DNA from: Amoeboaphelidium protococcarum X5
Lineage: Eukaryota; Fungi; Aphelidiomycota
DNA length: 64,000 nt
Assembly (NCBI GenBank): GCA_023515725.1
Contig: JALDTO010000098.1
Span: 1,452,164-1,516,163 of the forward strand
Direction of reading: 5' to 3'
A program made the position numbers and the translations under genes. Below the pieces are notes generated by a model. It ran no database searches. It was not told the DNA's origin and saw nothing but the letters and a program-made list of their open reading frames with translations. Below are positions 1 to 12,239 of the stretch, in pieces; the first letter of the stretch is position 1, and the number at the start of each line of letters is the position of its first letter.

Positions 1-121
1 GTACAAGCACAGAGATAGTATGAGGCTTGTAAAAGAACTCTACCACCTTGTTCTGCTCTTCCTCCCTGAAGGTAGAAGTCGATACACTTTTATGTAATTC
101 TTCTCCACGTCTACTAGTCAT
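1..121 (-). CDS. Phosphatidylserine synthase (base-exchange PTDSS type), 5' part only; runs off the window start
   Basis: MTSRRGEELHKSVSTSTFREEEQNKVVEFFYKPHTISVLV; FFYKPHTI matches the PTDSS1/2 N-terminal motif FFY(R/K)PHTI. An alternative in-frame ATG lies at 259. Confidence 0.65.
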   Translation of the reverse strand, partial: MTSRRGEELHKSVSTSTFREEEQNKVVEFFYKPHTISVLV

Positions 122-343
122 TTGAATGATATATTTCCTAATGAGACTTATACGCAACGTGTCAGGTAGAATCACGAAGGGCAAATGCCACAGAAGGAAT
201 TGAAAGGAAAGATTCGTCAGCGATCGCGTTTCATTCTAACTATTTCTAACACGACTCATTAAAACAATCGCATGTACTGTATAGTAAATAGAGAGATAGT
301 AATAGCAAAACGATAACAAATTAAAAGATTCTAATAAATAAAT

Positions 344-742
344 TCACATGTAAATTACATCGCTTATGTATACGGGATATGATACCCAGCCAAACCATGT
401 AAGTTGACTCATTGCAATGCGATATTCTTACTTCACTTCTTAATTGCCATACAAGTCTGCATCTGGGGTCCAACTGATCAGATAGTCCAGTTTCGTTGGC
501 TATGTGATTTTCAATTTACCCAATCGCTCCATGATCTCTAATGTCTCTTGGCGTTGACCATCTTCAACAATATCAGATGACGACACGCGAGCAATTTCAA
601 TGGCCAAAGTAGCATGACGCGTCCAGAATGTAAACTACTCCTCAGAAACACTAATTTGGACGATAAACTTGTTCATTTAATTAACCGTCGCCATTGTCGG
701 CAGAGAGGGATACTTGAAACAGACGTCAATCTTTTCTGACAT
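344..742 (-). CDS. Hypothetical protein, 132 aa
   Basis: ATG-to-TGA frame under table 6 (MSEKIDVCFKYPSLPTMA...); no recognisable motif. Confidence 0.35.
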
Positions 743-1247
743 TTGCCGTTGATTATCGCTGTGGCTGCACTGAAACGAGTAAGCTGGTTATTATGATTAT
801 GAGTCTATCGCAGACACTTGGGACTAAAACACCAGCTATGTGGGCATACAGCTAATTATAGCAGCTACTTATAGTATGAGTGAAGCTTTTAAATTCATTT
901 ATGACGCGATTTATTTGATAGCGAATGTTGATGCAAGTACAAGAAGAAAAAAGTGATATTGTCGAAGTTCATTTAGTCACGATCATTTGATACCAGCCAA
1001 TCAGCTTGCAGTATTTCTTATTGTTTGCTTATCAATTCCCTTTCGACTTGGTCTTGTTGATATTCTGCATCGTCCACGCTTGTAGTAATATGCATTATAG
1101 CACTGTAATTTGGTCTAATTTGGAGTATACAAACTGACTGGATACTTGATGAACTGTGCATGATGGGATGCGATGAGCTGGCAGCCTCAATTGTTGAGAA
1201 GCATCACAATTCCATTCCATCTCATGACAAAAGATAATAACTAAACA

Positions 1248-3017
1248 ATGTCAACCTAATAGCCAGAAGTTTCATATCCAAAGTTGAGTGGCGTTGAAGC
1301 GTAAGGGGAATCTGCAGAGACATTGCTTGAGCCACACGCTGCTTTAATTCGCGACATTGGTGCTGTATCTTAAAGCACGCTGTCGTATGATCTTCGCGTC
1401 TAAAATGTTAGTTAACGCGCTGCAAAGAACCATCTATTTGATGGAAATGTTCCCCTTGCGTGGCTGTTTGCTAATGGTGTGATTGTAAAGGATCCAGTGG
1501 AATTAGCATTAACTGCCGTAAGTGAAGATGAAAAATTTCCTGATTGGCTTGATGGTTATGTGGTTTATTTCGTTGGTCCAGGATTATTTGACATTGAGTA
1601 TGTTAATCGCGAGACTGGGCAGTTGTCGTGCTTTACTCTGAGTTAGTGGTAGGATGGGCTTCTTATGGTTCATAAGTACACGTTTTAGAAAGTGGGTGAT
1701 GGCATCGGCCGCGTCTTGTATCAATCTTCTCTGCCATGCTCGATGGCTATGGAGAGATTGCGGTAATATGCTCAAGATTACTCATTCGTTTATGATCAGA
1801 AATTGCATCCCAATAGTCTGATATCAGACGCGATAAGAAAGAAGAAGGTGAGTGAAAAGCTATCTTCAGAAGATGCCGCTGTAGGAAGTAGTGGTTGTTT
1901 CGTGTCTGTTGCCAGTGGGGAGTAGGCGTCACCTGAATCGACCGCATAAGAGAAGTCTCTATTTCTATTTGGGGCTTAAAATCTAGTACAAGAATTGGAT
2001 GATGGAACATTGAAGGTTAAACGTTTGTTTCAACTGGGCCAAGGATTTGGACTTGTGGACTAGTTGTGTTATGACGCGCATAAGGAAGAGTGGATATTCA
2101 TTACGTTTGACTTCAAACTGTCCGGAATGGAATTTACTGCGAAAGGTACACCGTCAATCAGGCCATTTGGTAAAGAAAGCTATGACATTTGTCGCCTGTC
2201 TACTCGTATTGGAGTTGCCAGAGTTGCAGTCACGAGAAACTTTATCATCTTAGTACTACTGCCGTTTAAAGCTCCTTTGAATGGATTATAAGTTTGGATG
2301 GATAACATGCGCTATTACGATTCTCTTCATTTTGATAAAGATCAAAACACGCAATTCTTTGTGATAAGCAAGACCCAGCGAAAGTTGATTGCAGTATATA
2401 AATCTGCTCCTATTTACTGCCGTAACATCATCAATGCGTTTGAAGATGGCGATTTGATATATGTCGACACTGCTGTTTATGAGACTGACTTGATTGAAAA
2501 GTGTTATAGTATCAAGAATTTGCGTAACGCTGGCATGTGTCCTGTTGATGGGAATGTAGTTCGTCGTTACAAATTGTCAAATGTTTTGGTGTAGCAGGAT
2601 TTGACGCGTTCTATGGAGGCCAGCTTCTCTTACCGGACCAATCAGACTCTGGAGATGAGTGAGGTGAATCCTCAGTTTCAATGTGTTGATTACCGTTACG
2701 CATACGGCTTAGGTTTGAGTAATAGTGAGTCCAAAATTTATGACATGATTGTCAAGGCTGATTTGGCAGAGAAAGTTGTGGCTAATTGGCAGAAGGATGG
2801 CTGCTGTCCATCTAAGCCTGTTTTTATTCCTAATCCCACTGGTGCTTAGGAAGATGATGGCGTTCTAGTGTCTATTCTGTTTGATTTCAGAGTTAAATAG
2901 TCTCGTCTAGTGGTGATCAAGGCTCAAAATATGAAGACTGTCAGCCTTGGATAAATGCAGAATCCTATTCCATTCGTCAGAAGCTCTGTCTTTGCGTTGT
3001 CATCTTTGAACTCTTGA
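1248..3017 (+). CDS. Carotenoid oxygenase/RPE65-family protein, 589 aa, probably catalytically inactive
   Basis: One frame under table 6 joins ORFs 2064, 2298 and 2601. Family motifs: FPDWLDG..GPGLF, W.DGL, INAFED, NPQFQCVDYRYAYG, PSKPVFIPNP..EDDGVLVS. The Fe-binding His positions are replaced. Confidence 0.85.
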
Positions 3018-3248
3018 GTTCTTTACAATTGGCGTTGGCTTTATATATCGGAGAAAGAACTATTAATTTTTATCAGTAGTCTGTGTGAATGTTGCCATTT
3101 ATGAAAATTGCTTTTATATGGTTGCATAAGATCACTTTTGCCGGTATAATTCTAATTCTTTAATCACCAAGATTCTCGCCTTCAAAAATTAGCGTGGGAA
3201 CAACTCTATTGGCGTTGTGATAAGAAGAAGAAGATAATTCATTTTATA

Positions 3249-3461
3249 GAGCGTATTCAGTGTTCAAACGCTCTTGGCCCATCGAAGCGGCCTGTCCTAG
3301 ATGCAAAGGCAATTGCTTGCATGCAAAAAGCCTTGTCGTACAACTTTTCCAAAAGTTCTCCCTTGCTACAGAACTACTGTAATTACCTAGCGCATGCCCG
3401 TGTCACCCGTTCGAGGCCTGGATGCCTAACCTTAGACTGAGCGATCGCTCAACTTCAGGCA
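3249..3461 (-). ncRNA. Candidate structured non-coding RNA A (family unknown)
   Basis: GC-richer intergenic island with several inverted repeats and a long closing helix. A-C mismatches on + become G-U pairs on the minus strand. Confidence 0.4.
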
Positions 3462-3618
3462 AACACGTCGCGTGACTTCTTTTAAAAAAGTTATATCAAT
3501 TGAATGATGAGATAAAAAATAGTTCAAGCTCAACAGTATGATCTATTATGATTACACTATACTTCATCTCTGACAATCTGATATTAGTATAATTTATAAA
3601 CTCGACTGAGAGCGCAAT

Positions 3619-4389
3619 TCAGTCAATTTCCATCTCGTTGAGTGCCTTCTTGACGCGTTGAAGAGTTAGTGATTTATTCATAAACTCGCAATCGAGAACG
3701 ACGCGTTTTATGAGGACCATCTACTTGACTGAACCGCATTTGATCCACAACAGTCCATTCATACCAACAGCACACTCAAATGCAACGCGTTTCCCCAATT
3801 CGAATAACACAGTACTTATCAGACATTACTACTATTGATACACAGCGGGAAGATTCTTGGACTTGAGCATGGTGGAATTGAAAAGCCGCCGAGCATAGTT
3901 GCAGCTAATCTATATAGTGAGACCATCTTACAACGCGCCATATCCAGCAGACTTACCATCTTCATTCACACAAGACAACTCACATTCAATGTCAGCCCGT
4001 ACAACAGCCGCTACACGCGCATATACCAAATCTCCATTCTTCAAATTTGGTCTATTCCTCCGTGTGGCATTCTCAAAAGCCAGGAAAGGCAATAATCCAC
4101 ACACAGCTCCACCATAATCAATGCGATACAACTCAAGCTCCCCTATTTTACCACATACAACACCAAGTATAGAATCACCGACAGCGGGACTGTAAAATTT
4201 CTAATCAGTCTCCACCCAGAATTTATCATTAGCATGGATCAATAATCCGCTTTAAGTAAACTGCACAAATTCCTATTCCATTTCTGACACTCGATCTTCC
4301 TCCTCCATTACTTTCAATCCCATTCCAATAGTAATCTCATTCTAACTATCAATCTACTCATTCAGTATACCACCAGCTAAGCGAAACAT
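3619..4389 (-). CDS. RRP40: Exosome component RRP40/EXOSC3, 256 aa
   Basis: LAFENATRRNRPNLKNGDLVYARV, ELSCV, FECAVGMNGLLWIK; continuous frame under table 6. Confidence 0.95.
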
Positions 4390-4893
4390 TATTATAAACT
4401 TTCGCGTTCTCTCTTAGTTTTGTCAAGTCGCTTCCTTTTCGTAGAAATTCTTGATCTATTTTTAAACGTTTGAAGTTCGTGGCGAATTACAGTTCGTTTC
4501 AGTAAAATGTCCGATCTCGGAAAAGTGTTTTGGGCACAAAAAATAATGACGAAGTTTTAAGCACGATACTTCCCTACAACAGATAGTATTAGAACTCGTA
4601 ATGCGAAGCATACGTGTAATTTGAACAATTATAAGTAACTTATGTGACGTCTGTTTAGATAATGCCGCAAAGTTCTCTATTTCATTCTCCAGTGATGGAA
4701 AGTGCCAATTTCAAAGCCATCGATTTTAGATTTAAGTAATCAAGTGATGGATTATAGTAATAAGAATACTTTTCCTATATATTATGTAGTTCTTGACTTT
4801 AGAAATTTTCAAACAGTGCCAAGTAATGAAATTCAATTTCATCGTTACTAAAAGCGGCTAGCAAACTCCAATTACTGACTTGTTGAAAAGGCC

Positions 4894-4900
4894 TATAAAA
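4894..4900 (+). promoter_or_regulatory. TATA box upstream of the Fanzor ORF
   Basis: TATAAAA in GCC-TATAAAA-GCG context, 70 bp upstream of ATG 4964, followed by a pyrimidine-rich leader. Confidence 0.45.
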
Positions 4901-4963
4901 GCGCCAGACAGTTCACTATTTCTTCTTCCTCTTTCTTATCTAACTTCTCATAGATAAGAAGAT

Positions 4964-7279
4964 ATGGCAAAGAAAGTAACACGTAAATGCAAACTAAATA
5001 CTGTCTTGAATCTTAGCGATGGTGATAAAGAGAGATTGATACCACAGATTCGACTGAGCTCAGTGCACCTCACCTTTGCATCCCGTCTGATCTATCTCAG
5101 TCTTAATGTATGGAATGAAGCCGGCAAGGCACTACCTGAGCTATCTCATTAGCAGTATTTCGCGTCAATGCTGGAGTATCTTTGCAACTCTGCGTTTCAT
5201 CGTGACAATGAACACACACGAATACTGGCTGAAACAATCGCTCCTGAAGTGCGATAGAGATTGAGGCACGAAAGCCTGATTGGTCCAAATCCTAACCTGT
5301 ACGTGTTTCAAGCGCGTAAGATTATTTAAGCTATCACCTGGCATCTGACTGAAACTATATGGGTCTACTAGAAGAAGGTGATTAAAGCTTAAATGGAGGC
5401 CTTTAATGTAAAAGGCCGAAGGCTTACCGTGTTTCTATAGCTGCTCAACTCTTTGCTGACTGAAGAAGCTGTTAACACGATGGAACACTTTGGGGGCGAG
5501 TACTTGGAGATTAATCCCGCGACTCAGATACATTTGCCTCCTGATTACGATGCTGGTGAAGATGAGGAGACAATTGCGCAATAAGATGCTGCTATTAAGG
5601 ACGAGTTGCTGCAATTGTAATAAGTTGAAGAAGTTCGGCACTTGGTCTCAATGCATCGTCACCATTTATTGGATATTGTCACCACTTCTTTTAAAGACAG
5701 AGCTCCAAGAAGGAGATACAGTAAAAGAAAAGCATAATCTCCTAGTCAGCTGCATGGACTCATCGGTTTCAAGCGATAGAAATCGGGTAAGATGAAGTAG
5801 CGTGATACCCATCAAACATACATGCCATCAAGAGCACACCATGCATTTCAGAATTAGGAGGGCTAGAAAGTTTTGGTCCAATATCTGATGTATTTGCGTT
5901 AAACTCTCAAGGAGCTAGGCTTGCCATCATTCAAGATTTTCCCTACTGGTACCGATGTTCCGCGCCACATCTGCTTTGACAATAAAGTTTTGGCTCAGTG
6001 GGGATTTGAACAGTATCGCCTGGGCAATCAGTTGGGGGAGGAGTCGAAAGAGGAGGAGGATCAACGGTAATGTATCCTAAGGCTTAAAGTTTTGGGTCTT
6101 TAACAGCGGGTGGCTCAATCTAAAAACGTCAGTGTCAGTATCACCTCTGATGGTTTTGCGTGCTCCGTGTCTGTTTCAGATTAAGGTGGGAAAGCGTATG
6201 CAAATGAAGCTTCAGACCTGCAGAGAAAAGCACGAAGCATTGACGTGTCTCAAGTAATTGTTGGGGCTTTTGCTTTGGAAAACTGTCGGAATCTCCAACA
6301 AAGATTAGATGGCTCTCGATTGATTGGCGTAGACCCTGGTAAGAAGAACGTACTGGTGTGGGGCGACGACGCGGACGTCGATGGTGCAATTACGCTAAAA
6401 GAAGCCAAGAAGGAGCTAAAAGAAACGGGCCACATATCTGCTGGATACTGGTAACGTCTTGCATTGACTACAGAGTCTGAAGCCCATCTGTTGCATATCA
6501 AACCAACTGAAATCACGCTGATGGAGTAAGATATGGCCTAATCAAACACTTGCCAGTAGTATCTCGATGTTTACATCAGATATTTTGAGGACGTCTATGC
6601 CTTCTACTCAAGATCATTCCATCGTAATTGGAGATTCCGACGATTTTGCGCGACCAAGTCTGCGTTTGGTAAAGTCATCAACATGATGTATGGCAGACCA
6701 AAGCCACCAGTGCCTAAAATCAACGATCGGCGCCGAGGTAAAGCTGCAAAGAAGAGGAAACGCGAACTGCGTAAATCTAATGGCAAGTTTTCACCTCCAG
6801 ATAAGCCTCCGGTAATTGCGCTTGGTGACGCTGGTGTGAAGCACGTGCGTGGTAATCCTCCTGTTCCGGTGAGAAAATTCGCGTTTGAATTCAGTCGTCG
6901 GGCATTGGTAGTTATAACGCCGGAGTTCCACACTAGCAAGCAGCACTCATTATGTCATGCAGATCTTCAATGGGAGCATGAAGTGGTGATGAGGTGCGGA
7001 CACAAGAAGGCAAAGAAGATACTGCCTGGTCGTCGCCGGGCTTAAACTGTCTGCATCAAAGCTGATGGTCCAGAAATCCTATCGTACGAATGTCCTGATC
7101 GTTTTAACCGAAGAGTCCAATCAAGATTTGGAGTTTGCCCAAACTGCCAAAACACTGGATGTGACGTCTTTGTAGATCGGGACGTTAATGCTTACAGGAG
7201 TATGGCTCAAATAGTCCGCCATTACGCGATGCATGGTAGCAGACCTTAATGGAATTGCCGCGCCGAAAGGCGCGCCTGA
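4964..7279 (+). CDS. Fanzor1 (TnpB-derived eukaryotic RNA-guided endonuclease), intact, 771 aa
   Basis: Single TGA-free frame joining ORFs 4964, 6245 and 6683. Motifs: SITSDGFACSV, RuvC-I IGVDPGKKN (D at 6332), VIALGDA, RuvC-II VVITPEFHTSK (E at 6923), Zn finger HSLC...CPNC, RuvC-III DRDVNA (D at 7181), C-terminal GSRP. Confidence 0.9.
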
Positions 7280-7438
7280 TATATACAGTAATGTTTGTCG
7301 GACAAACCGATGAAATAGACTGTACTCCGATTGAAATCAAACCTCGTTCCACTAATCAAAGAAACAATTTTGACCAGTACACAGTCAGGAACTTTATGCA
7401 AAACAGCGGAAGGAAATCAAGTCAATATCTGGGCGCGT
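7260..7438 (+). ncRNA. Putative omega-RNA scaffold of the intact Fanzor
   Basis: GCGCC-GAAA-GGCGC hairpin at 7260-7273. Closing helix 7270-7282 with 7425-7438 encloses hairpins at 7284-7324 and about 7368-7390. It overlaps the ORF 3' end, as TnpB/Fanzor omega-RNAs do. Confidence 0.55.
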
Positions 7439-7820
7439 ATTTAAACTATTCCTAAGAATCAATCTGCCGTAGACCTAACTTCAAGATATACGTAATTAAT
7501 GCACATTTCACAGTCTCATCGCATCGTGTCAGCAAACTTATAATACTATGGTTTTAAAAGAGATCGTTGTGTTCAAAGCATTAATTACAAAGAATTCATT
7601 GATAATTATTAAAATTCATACGTGAATCTTATTTAAAGCCTTGAAAGGAAACGCGCCGAGAGAATTTGTGTCGAATGGAACTGAATGAAGTCTTTCCTCT
7701 CTCTTTATCGTTTCCCTTTATTTCGTGTCGAAGAATCTCCGTTCTGCTTACTAAATTTACAATCAATTCTGTCATTAGTCGTAGTGCACCTGAATATATT
7801 GTATAAGAACAGATTAAGTT

Positions 7821-10800
7821 ATGCCGTGTATTTTAAAGATTAAAGTGGTTGCAGCCAGAGATCTTCCCGTGATGGATAAGAGCAGTGATAACACGGACAG
7901 TTATGTGGAGATTAGACTTGCCGCTCATTAGTAAGGCTAGAGTAACGGGCCTGCTCCTAATTTGCCTCTTACCTAAGGAAATGCCAATAGTGGCTATAAT
8001 AACAATTCTGGTGGTCAGTATTTCAATCAAACTGGTGGTAACAATTAGTCTCAAGCTGGAGATGGAATGGTCAATAGTCATGGTCAACATGTGAATAATT
8101 TCAGTGGTCATGGATATAACAGTAATGGTAATAATCTTCCTAGTAATACTATGAATGTCGCATCATCAAGTGATATTTTGAGAACATCTATTCAGTGGAA
8201 GACGTTGAATCCAATTTGGAATGAAGATTTTAGGATAGAGTGCTCAGATGATGCTGAAGTGTAAGATGAAGTTTTGGAATTCAAGGTTCTAGATTATGAT
8301 AATTACTCTGCCAATGACAGCATTGGTGTGGTTTACATTGATCTTAGTCCACTGATTACTTTGGAGAATAAGATATCAGAGAGTGATGTACTAAGTAAGT
8401 CCACAGATAAACAATCATTGGGTAATTTGATCAGTGGATGGTTCCCCATCTATGACACTATACGTGGTAGTAGAGGTGAGTTGAATCTTTAAATTAGGAT
8501 TGAGTATTTTGGCGACACTAATCCATTTAAAGACAGTAGTGCCGGTGTATTGATTTTCAGTGGTGGTGGAATTCCGGAGGGATATAGAATACAGGAGGTA
8601 CAAGGTCTTGTTACATCCATCGTGTGTATGGATGATCCCGAGTATCATTGGGCAGATTCGTTCAGATCGCCGCGTATTAGTAATGAGGCCAGGCAGAAAC
8701 TGCTGTGCCGAATGTGTGGCTAATTGCGAAGATTCATTGGGAGGGAGGCGCTGGAGTTGAAAGGTAACGCCATAATCGGGTACAAGTAGTATTTTGATTT
8801 TGAGAATGAAGAATCTGTTATAACTGGCCGTGTAATTGGTACTTGTGTTACTCTCGTTCCCGATGATAGTGATGATGAAGATGCCGATGCTGATGAAGAT
8901 GAAAGTTTTCAGTATCTTGATAGTCCTGGCTCTGACGGCAATCCTTATGACGCGTCATTCAGTTAAAGTGGTCCTGGTGGCGATGCTGATCAGTCCGCAT
9001 AGAGAGATGGCAAATTGGTCAAAAGTCCGTCTGATGACAATAAGTAGTAGTAGCAGTAGGGAGACTTGTTTGTTAAAACTTCAACGAATGCGCTGTTACC
9101 TTCGTCATCTTTGTCTAAACGGCCCGTTAGATTCATCAACAATGATGACGATGTTGTGATAATGACCCTGAATGATCTTTCTACTTAGTTTATTAAAAAT
9201 ATTGGTGGAATTGTATCAGCGAAGTCTGTCAAGCTTTTTGATGAGAATACTGATGAAGACGAGGATGAGCTCAGAGATGCCTGGTGGGATGAGCTGAGGG
9301 AGGAGATTGAGACGCACGCGAAAGCTCTGAATTGTCAATTCGTTCTTGGATATGAGGAATCTGTGACCATATGTGATGATTTGTGTGTACTGAGTGTAAT
9401 GGGAACAGCTGTTAATTTGAGATTAGATGCAGATGCGTCTCCTCCTCCTGCCACTTACTTTGGCGAAAACAATGATAACTTGTCGCAGGATCCATCTGGT
9501 ACTGGTCAAGGAAATCAAGGTAGAGGAGATTTGGCAGAGAGTGGCACAAGTACGAACATTAGGTAAAAGTCTCGCCAGCTATCACGGTTAATGTCAATTC
9601 AGGAATCTTCGCCACTAAATTCTCGGCAATCTTCAACGTTATAAAGAAATATCAATAACGCCTCAGATGTTGACTCTTCTCACTATCGTTCACCTATGCT
9701 CAAGGATGGTGGACTTCCTACATCTGTATTGCAGTCAAGTGGTCCGTATCTGTCAGAATGCTAAGCTTGTCACATTCCATATTCTAAGCGGAGATTACCA
9801 TTCCAAGTTACTTTGACAAAGTGTATGATTTGTAAACGGAGATATGTGCCAGAAATTTTGATCACGAATATTGAGGTTCCTGCTGATTTACTCACTGTAG
9901 GAGATTCTCAGCTCATTGAGGCTCATATATGCAGAAGTAAAAAGAGTAAGGATGGTGAATCCAATGCCAGTGCTATAAGCGATGTTCTTCCCTTTATTGA
10001 TTATGAAATTCATCGTCAGTTGTTGATGAAGTTGCGTATTGCTGGTCTCAACTCTATTTTTGGTCTGAAGGTGAAGTTGTGCATTAGTGAGACGTCAATT
10101 TTGGCACTGGCTACGGGAACTGCTTTCTTCCTGGCTGCTCTTCCCTCATTGCCTCCTCTGAGACTGAGATCCAACATGGAGGTGATTGACGCGTCAGATT
10201 AGTAGTTTGTCTCGTTGTAGAATAGAATTATGGAACTCAGCTCGTCTAACAAGTCACGGATCGAGATGGCGAGATAGGATATGCTGGTGAGACGGCGTCA
10301 GTTAGTTAATAGTAGTGGCAATGCAGTTGGTGGAGCGCTATCCTCCATAACTGAAGACCCGTCAACAACGATGATGGCGAGTCCATCTACCATGAATTCC
10401 TACTCTGTAACTGGCACATCTGATGTTAATTCTAACCTATAAACTCCTATTAGAAGTCGGAAAATGTCTGCTAATCTATCCAGAGAATAGGAGCTCTTGT
10501 CTGACAATGAATCTCTGAGTTCATCTGATTCTGATGATCAGCCAAGTACTAATGTGATTATACAGATTGATGATGATATGGATGAAGATCTAGTTGGTCT
10601 CTTGTTAGATCCCATCTATGATTCTGGAGATCGCACTGTTGAAAGATGTAATGTATCACGTTGCTAGTTTTCTTATTGTAGTGAGATGTAATTTTTGACT
10701 CAGTTCTTGACAAGTAATAGTTGCGATAGAGCATCATCATCATTATCTTATTCCGACTATCCTGTATCTGGCAGTAATATACTCAAAGTGGAGAAAGACA

Positions 10801-11912
10801 ATTCGACTATTGTTTATGCAGCTGACTAAAGATCAATGAATATTATAAAGTAGATTTCTTTAGGTTCTGTAGAGTTACGATAAAATAGGCAGCTCACAGA
10901 TATTGTCAACTCAGTGTACATGGAGCTAAAAGATCAGGTCAAAGTTTTGTATAAATTTGCTATAATCAGCGACATTAACGTGAATCTCACAATGTTGAAG
11001 AAGGATGCGATAGACATTGTTTTGAGCTGCTATGTTGTTGGTCTATATTCCATATCTATGTCTTATTATGAGGCGCTGTAAGAGAAAGTGAGGTTGTCAC
11101 TTTTGTCTGATGATGAAAAGAACAACCATAATGCTGATAATTGTGGCATGTCTAACCCAACATTCAATGATATACCTCTTGGAAAGAGCACCACCGTTTA
11201 GACTCTGAATCCTTTGATGCGATACTCATTGTTCTAACCAGTCACTTAAGAATAGCCCATTATCACGCCACTGTCTCACGTTCCTGGCCGGATCATTACA
11301 TCGCACATTGACAGGATATGTATCTGTCTGATTAATGAGGATTTAAATGTTCATATGCGTGGCGGTCAGAGTGGATTTGGATTTCATTTTGAGAATTATT
11401 CACAGAATCAGAATACTGCCACATCTTTAGGTGGTGGGAGGTAAAATAGTTTAAGTGGAGCGTTGGCGTTTCCTAAAAAATTGCTTCTTCTGCCCTTGCT
11501 TGGTTAGTCGTCCTCTAATGCTGTGGTTCGGCAAGAGGATGACTTGAATGTTTTTATTGGATAATCTGCCGCTGATATTTTCGCAACAGTAAGTGCACAC
11601 TGTACCAGTCTAGACGGAGATGCTGTATGTTCGTTCAAAATGGAGGTGTGTGCTGTTAAAGAGGAGGGAAATGGTAATCGGGCTTACTCTTTGATTTGCA
11701 TTTCAGGCGATGTTGTCACTTTGGCGGATTAGAACCATTCTCCACATCGCTTAGCTGATGATTCTGTTAAGCCTTCAGATGGACGCAATGAAAATGGCTT
11801 GAAAGAGTCTGTTGGTGTCAAGGCTGAAGATATAAAGAATAACTCTGCCTTTGTGGTTAGTCTTTGTCAAGTTGACATGATAAACGCAATGTGGTCGACG
11901 TTTGCGCAATGA
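7821..11912 (+). CDS. C2CD5: C2 domain-containing protein 5 (C2CD5/KIAA0528-like), 1363 aa
   Basis: MPCILKIKVVAARDLPVMD, ISGWFPIYDTIRGSRGEL, DDPEYHWADSFRSPRISNEARQ, RDAWWDELREEI, CHIPY, LPFIDYEIHRQLLMKL. Confidence 0.9.
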
Positions 11913-12239
11913 ATATTCTGGTCGGAAGTAACTAGCGCTCTATAGACCCCCAGCACTCTAAACTTTACAAGTTACTTCCATGAAGTTGATATGTATTAAA
12001 TATTGATATCATCTTGATTTAGAAATATATTTGCACTGTATCAATACATTATACAGCTAATTTGACTTATATTTCCATTCTCATAAATGTCACGCGACTC
12101 GGATTATTGATGAAGGGGTAACCTTACTGCTGCGCCATGTCATCTACTATAGTATTCCAGGGAAATAAAATTTTAAACTGTTATAGTTGTGAACTCTATC
12201 CTCTGATATAGGAATATCTCTGCACATTCACTGATAGAA

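Noticed and set aside
3423-3435. CCTAACCT as a telomerase RNA template
   Set aside because: It lies within a stem, and G-U bias favours the opposite strand; no supporting pseudoknot was seen.
4400-7800. Terminal inverted repeats or target-site duplication around the intact Fanzor
   Set aside because: Only short imperfect matches were visible by eye, so element ends cannot be set without other copies.
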